Shown here: in pieces, positions 59,625 through 64,000 of the stretch
Layout: every line of letters starts with the position of its first letter
Position numbering within the stretch: position 1 is the first letter of the stretch
Assembly (NCBI GenBank): GCA_027486675.1
Contig: JAIXOQ010000017.1
Span: 188,231-252,230, forward strand
Source of the DNA: Pseudomonadota bacterium
Lineage (GTDB): Bacteria > Bdellovibrionota > UBA1018 > CAIMNF01
DNA: 64,000 bases
Reading direction: 5' to 3'
Notes under the pieces: model-generated
The model's input: only the letters and a program-made list of their open reading frames with translations
Told to the model about the DNA's origin: nothing
The model's database searches: none
Translations under genes and position numbers: made by a program

Positions 59625-60250
59625 TTCAGAAAAAAACCGAGCGGGCCGCCTACATTTTACATCAGCTTGCACTTCTGTACCCGAACCCAAAACCACCTCT
59701 TCTGCACCAAGACGAGTTCACCCTTCTGATTGCTGTGCTGTTGTCGGCACAAACAACCGATGCTCGGGTAAACCTAGTGACGCCTCCTCTTTTCCTCGAG
59801 GCCTCAACTCCGCAAGCGATGGCCAACTTAAGTGCGGCACAAATATTAAAGCATATAAGAACCTGCGGGCTTGCGCCGACAAAAGCTAAGAACATCAAAC
59901 GCCTATCGGAGCTCCTCTTAGAGCGACATCAGGGCCAAGTACCACGCACTTTTTCAGAACTTGAGGCCTTGCCAGGCGTCGGACACAAGACAGCAAGTGT
60001 AGTCATGGCCGCATGTTTTAACACTCCTGCATTTCCGGTAGATACACACATTCATCGATTAGCCAAACGTTGGCGGCTATCGTCGGGGAAAAATGTGGAC
60101 ACGACCGAAAAAGATCTTAAGAAGGTATTTCCAGAAACTACCTGGAATACGCTTCATCTTCAGATTATCTTTTATGGCCGTGAACACTGCACCGCACGCG
60201 GATGTGACGGCAAGACATGCCCGATCTGTTCGTTCTTAAATCGAAGCTAA
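59621..60250 (+). CDS. nth: Endonuclease III
   Basis: LLIAVLLSAQTTD. HhH-GPD motif LPGVGHKTASVV. C-x6-C-x2-C-x5-C cluster. 4-nt overlap with hmgA. Confidence 0.85.
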   Translation: MIQKKTERAAYILHQLALLYPNPKPPLLHQDEFTLLIAVLLSAQTTDARVNLVTPPLFLEASTPQAMANLSAAQILKHIRTCGLAPTKAKNIKRLSELLLERHQGQVPRTFSELEALPGVGHKTASVVMAACFNTPAFPVDTHIHRLAKRWRLSSGKNVDTTEKDLKKVFPETTWNTLHLQIIFYGREHCTARGCDGKTCPICSFLNRS

Positions 60251-60266
60251 GAACGATCATCGATCC

Positions 60267-61220
60267 TTAAGTGGGTAAATAAACTGCGCGATCCCGCCCT
60301 AAGGCGAGTGCGGCAAGTGCTTCTCGGGTTTTCACTTTAGGCTGAAAAACAAACGCCTTTTGAAAAGCTGAGTCATCCACTACGACCGGATACTTAAAGT
60401 ATTCGAACAGATAGCGCGGCAACGAAAGCCCAAGCTTCGAGAGACCTGCGCCCACCCACCTCAGTCCAAGCGGAGGTACAGGAATAGCTAAAGCACGGGA
60501 TAACTCTATAGCCTTGCTATAGGACAGTACGCCTTCTCCTGCAAGGTTATACACCGCGCTTTCTTTTGCATCTAAAGCGAGAATAATGGCACGAGCGGCG
60601 TCTTGTTCGTCGATGAACTGAAACAAGGGATCAAAACCAAGCACACGGGGAGCAAGTCCCGCGCGTAGCATTGTGCAAATGGCATTCTGCACATTTTTTC
60701 CAACAACATTTGCGGCGCGCAGCACCACAGTCGTAGAGCCCCTCTCCCGCCACATAAAATTCGTAGCGGCATGATCCATCTCAACTGCGTCAGCGAGCTC
60801 CTTAAAGGTTTGAGAGGCGCGTAAAGGCGCATCCTCTTTCAGATAGAGCGCGTTCAATCGGTGTGCGCCATAGACATGGTAGGTTGAAAGCACGACGTGT
60901 TTAGGCACGGACGCCCTTTTCGCTAAATCTAAGAGCCGTTTCGTCCCAACAACATTGAGCTGAAAACGTTCGGTGGCGCTGACCTGTGCAGTTTCACGAA
61001 TACGACCTAAATGAATCAAGCCTTGAAACTGATGCTGATGAAACACCTCATCCATCCTGCGATGATTGTATTCTGCCTGAATATACTCTCCTGGGAACGT
61101 ACCCCGAAGGCGCTCAGGCCTGGGATCAACGCCAATCACTTTCCAGTTGGGAGATAACGATTGGGCGACCAAATGGGCCAATGCGCCAGATGCACCAGTG
61201 ATTAAGAGTTTGGGTTTCAT
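60267..61220 (-). CDS. SDR-family NAD-dependent epimerase/dehydratase
   Basis: LLITGASGALA Rossmann motif. 317 aa. Confidence 0.7.
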   Translation of the reverse strand: MKPKLLITGASGALAHLVAQSLSPNWKVIGVDPRPERLRGTFPGEYIQAEYNHRRMDEVFHQHQFQGLIHLGRIRETAQVSATERFQLNVVGTKRLLDLAKRASVPKHVVLSTYHVYGAHRLNALYLKEDAPLRASQTFKELADAVEMDHAATNFMWRERGSTTVVLRAANVVGKNVQNAICTMLRAGLAPRVLGFDPLFQFIDEQDAARAIILALDAKESAVYNLAGEGVLSYSKAIELSRALAIPVPPLGLRWVGAGLSKLGLSLPRYLFEYFKYPVVVDDSAFQKAFVFQPKVKTREALAALALGRDRAVYLPT

Positions 61221-61226
61221 GACTTC

Positions 61227-62126
61227 CTATTTCCCAAAAATAGCATTTCCTCTTTGACGTAAGCCCTCTTCCATTTCTTTCCTGAGCACCCCTTTGACCA
61301 CTTCCGTCTTTTCTCGGATCGCATCCTCGGATTCATGATGATCACCTTCAAAATGAATGGGCGCACCAAACCGGATCGTAACTTTTGTTGGAAGTGGAAC
61401 AAGCCCTAAAGCGCCCAGAAACGGGAAGAAAGGTGTAATGGGAAAATAAGGAGCGCCAATCAGCTTTGCGAGTGATTTTAAATTGTAAATACTCGGATAC
61501 ATCTCTTCCGTGCCTATAATGGCGACGGGAACAATGGGGGCTTTCGTTTCAAGCGCTAGACGAACAAATCCCGTGCCAAAACGCTGAAGTTCGTAGCGTT
61601 CTGTATAAAGCTTACCGCTGCCGCGCGCCCCCTCGGGAAAAACAAGCACACTTTGATCGTGGTTTAAAAGATCAAGGCAGTTTTCTGGATCGCCCACCAT
61701 GGCACCTAAGCGTGAAAAAAGGCCACTGACAAAAGGAAGTGTCGGCACAAAGCGCTCCACCATCGCGCGCCCAATTCGAGGAGGATCTGTCTCTAAAAAC
61801 AGCGCGAGGCCAATGATCATGGCATCCATAGGCAACTGGCCGCCGTGGTTTCCGACATAAAGCGCCCTACCATGAGGACAGTTTTCAAGGCCGCTGACTT
61901 CCACTCTGAAATATTTCGTATAGACCCAGTAAAGCAGCGGAGCCACTTTCCGCAATGTATCTGGGTGAAACCCCCAGCGATCAAAACCTGCGGAGTTCAA
62001 AGAGACCGAAAGCTTAGAAATTCTTTCTTCTAAACCAGGCACTGGAGGGAGCTGGTACTGATCGAGCTTTTCGAGCAATACCTTAATGCGCTCCCAGTCG
62101 GTTTCCTTAAGCAGCCTTGAGATCAT
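61227..62126 (-). CDS. Lysophospholipid (1-acyl-glycerol-3-phosphate-type) acyltransferase family protein
   Basis: GNHGGQLPMD (an NHxxxxD-like motif I). FPEGARG (motif III). Confidence 0.65.
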   Translation of the reverse strand: MISRLLKETDWERIKVLLEKLDQYQLPPVPGLEERISKLSVSLNSAGFDRWGFHPDTLRKVAPLLYWVYTKYFRVEVSGLENCPHGRALYVGNHGGQLPMDAMIIGLALFLETDPPRIGRAMVERFVPTLPFVSGLFSRLGAMVGDPENCLDLLNHDQSVLVFPEGARGSGKLYTERYELQRFGTGFVRLALETKAPIVPVAIIGTEEMYPSIYNLKSLAKLIGAPYFPITPFFPFLGALGLVPLPTKVTIRFGAPIHFEGDHHESEDAIREKTEVVKGVLRKEMEEGLRQRGNAIFGK

Positions 62127-62168
62127 CTTAGGAGTCAGTGTGCCTTATTGGCTGGGAAGAAACCGACT

Positions 62169-63974
62169 CTAAAAGGTGTTTTCAGGCCCGAATGATTTCT
62201 TTGCAATCTCCTCAAGCTCAGCCTTGAGTTTTAAGCGTTCTTCGGCAGGCAATGAGTCCTTCAGATCTACGCCGATTGCGGTGTACCTATCAAACTTGCA
62301 GGCCACAGAGTTCGGCATGTCATAACAAGAGGTCCCTGCTGTTCCGCAGCGACTGCCCTCGGTTCCGGCGTCACATAGGGAGTTCTTGACCTCTCCCATT
62401 CCTGCAGTCTTGACCGGAAACCCAGCCTTGAGGACCAGCTTTGCCACAGAGAGGGCCCGATTCTGTGAGAGCTTGAGGTTCCTTTGTTCGCCATTCTTTT
62501 TTGCCCGCACCTGATCGGCAAAACCCAGAATCGCGATCACATCAATTTTATCGCTATAGGGCTTCAGCAGTGCAAGATAGCCTGCCATCGCTTGATTGGA
62601 CCCCTTGGTGAGACCACTTTCCTTAGATTTAAACGTGAGAATTGTCTTTGTTTTCACCTCCGCGGACTGAAACAAAACATCTGCCTGCTTGATCGAAAGC
62701 GGAGTGGGCGCCGTAGCCTCGACTGCAGGCACTGTCGGAGGGATCGACTGCAAGACTGGGACGTCAGCGGCACTCAGCTCGGTCTTCAACTTCGCAGCTG
62801 CCGCAGCCTCTGCGGCAGCTCTAGCCGCTGCTGCTTGATCCGATGCTTGATCTGCTGGTGCTTTTTCTTCGGCTTCTTTTGCTGCTTTTTCTGCCGCCAA
62901 AATCTCTTCGCCGGTCAAAACTTTTCCTGGATCTTTTTTACCTTGATCCGTGACTTGTTTTTCCTCTATAGGGGCAGGGTCAGCCTTTTTCTTTCCGGCC
63001 TTTCCATTCGCCATGCGTGCGGACTCGGGTGAAGGGTCTTTCTTGCTTCGGTCTTTCACCCCAGCCTTTGGACCATTCCACACTTGCCCAAGATTTGCGT
63101 CTACTTTGTCTGCCTTGATCTTAAACTGAACATCTAAACCGCCCGACTCAAAATAAACACCATCTGCCACAACAAAACGCATCTTACGAAGATCAGGATC
63201 CGCGTACACCTTGCTTGCAGCAAGAAGGCCTTTCACCGTTTTTAGATCGGGAAAATACTCAGTGAGTTCGATCTCAACTTTGCCGTTTTGTGAAAGAGCG
63301 TCATTCCCTGGCTCCTGTCCAATGAGGGAGCTTCCTTCAGCAAAAGGAGCATATTCTTTCTTTAACGGGATCTTTGCAAACTCACCTCCACCCACGAGCT
63401 TCATTGCTGGAAGCGCACCCGATCTTGGCTTTTCACCATTGCATTGGGAGACATCGACCAAACAAATGATCTGTTCACTATTTAGGCCTGCAGTTTTTCC
63501 AGCTGGCAGATATTTCTTTAGACCATAAAGAACGAGTTTGACTGATGTGACAGACTCAATCGCCTCTTCGGCTGGCATGGCAAAGAATCCGCGGAATTTA
63601 TAAATATTTTTAAAATTAAACTTCTCAAGACTCAAGGTATCTACGTACGAAGCATGAAACAGATCGGTGCTGGGCTCTAAATCACCGTCCCCTTTCTTTC
63701 CGACTTCAATCTTTGGCAGCTTCGCCTCTTTGCCCGTCTCTAGCTCGTCGTCATCGATCGTCGAATAACGCTTCAGCGCACCCGCTGAAATCGCAGTTCC
63801 CGCATCTTTGTTGAGCTCAACGACCACCGGCATGTCGGCTGAAGAAACCTTTGCAGCAGTGGAAGCGTCTGTTTTCGTGCCTGGAGGAGTCACCCGAACG
63901 GCTAGATTTTTTCCACAGCCAGCCAACAGACTGACTAGGACAAACGCGATTGTGGGTGTGCGTAAAATATGCAT
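62169..63974 (-). CDS. OmpA-family lipoprotein with an Ala/Glu/Lys-rich linker
   Basis: Lipobox LLAGCG. Low-complexity KAAKEAEEKAPADQ...AAAEAAAAAK. C-terminal OmpA-like block ILGFADQV...NLKLSQNRALSVAKLV. Confidence 0.7.
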   Translation of the reverse strand: MHILRTPTIAFVLVSLLAGCGKNLAVRVTPPGTKTDASTAAKVSSADMPVVVELNKDAGTAISAGALKRYSTIDDDELETGKEAKLPKIEVGKKGDGDLEPSTDLFHASYVDTLSLEKFNFKNIYKFRGFFAMPAEEAIESVTSVKLVLYGLKKYLPAGKTAGLNSEQIICLVDVSQCNGEKPRSGALPAMKLVGGGEFAKIPLKKEYAPFAEGSSLIGQEPGNDALSQNGKVEIELTEYFPDLKTVKGLLAASKVYADPDLRKMRFVVADGVYFESGGLDVQFKIKADKVDANLGQVWNGPKAGVKDRSKKDPSPESARMANGKAGKKKADPAPIEEKQVTDQGKKDPGKVLTGEEILAAEKAAKEAEEKAPADQASDQAAAARAAAEAAAAAKLKTELSAADVPVLQSIPPTVPAVEATAPTPLSIKQADVLFQSAEVKTKTILTFKSKESGLTKGSNQAMAGYLALLKPYSDKIDVIAILGFADQVRAKKNGEQRNLKLSQNRALSVAKLVLKAGFPVKTAGMGEVKNSLCDAGTEGSRCGTAGTSCYDMPNSVACKFDRYTAIGVDLKDSLPAEERLKLKAELEEIAKKSFGPENTF

Positions 63975-64000
63975 AAAACTGCCTCCGATTTAAAGCTTCG

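Noticed and set aside
1-64000. Search for tRNA, tmRNA, RNase P and SRP RNA signatures (GGTTCGAATCC-like T-loops, AGGAAAGTCCGG), and for CRISPR repeats
   Set aside because: No convincing match was seen by eye in intergenic gaps. The window has very few gaps of 100 bp or more. A covariance-model scan with Infernal or tRNAscan would be definitive.

Overview
This is a gene-dense chromosomal window of about 50% GC with roughly 65 supported coding regions; I found no rRNA, tRNA or CRISPR array. I could identify several housekeeping genes. These are a gap-pgk-tpiA-secG cluster, eukaryote-type NADP-isocitrate dehydrogenase, a standalone EF-G paralog, typA/bipA, rpmB, orn, xth, nth, alr, nadB, rlmN, gpx, homogentisate dioxygenase, and a folB-folK/folP operon. 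There are also signalling genes (a sensor histidine kinase, two stand-alone receiver proteins, and STAS-like and possible HDOD-like proteins) and many secreted or lipoprotein ORFans. The gene content, including a giant GLUG-motif surface protein, a SpoIID homologue and many signal-peptide ORFans, resembles Bdellovibrio-like predatory bacteria. That is an inference with low confidence. The most unusual observations are these. (1) A 739-aa fusion of an HMG-CoA-reductase-like catalytic domain to a degenerate kinase-like (pseudokinase-like) domain, translationally coupled to an AI-2E family transporter. (2) A CofE-like gamma-glutamyl ligase coupled to folB-folKP, a candidate alternative dihydrofolate synthase. 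(3) A tightly coupled tldD-pmbA-unknown operon downstream of rlmN. (4) A 25-bp perfect inverted repeat flanking a nested hairpin in an intergenic region. (5) An unannotated 47-aa membrane protein with a perfect SD immediately after gpx. (6) A 1.1-kb low-coding island carrying only a small HNH endonuclease gene. All homology calls come from reading motifs by eye. No database search was run.
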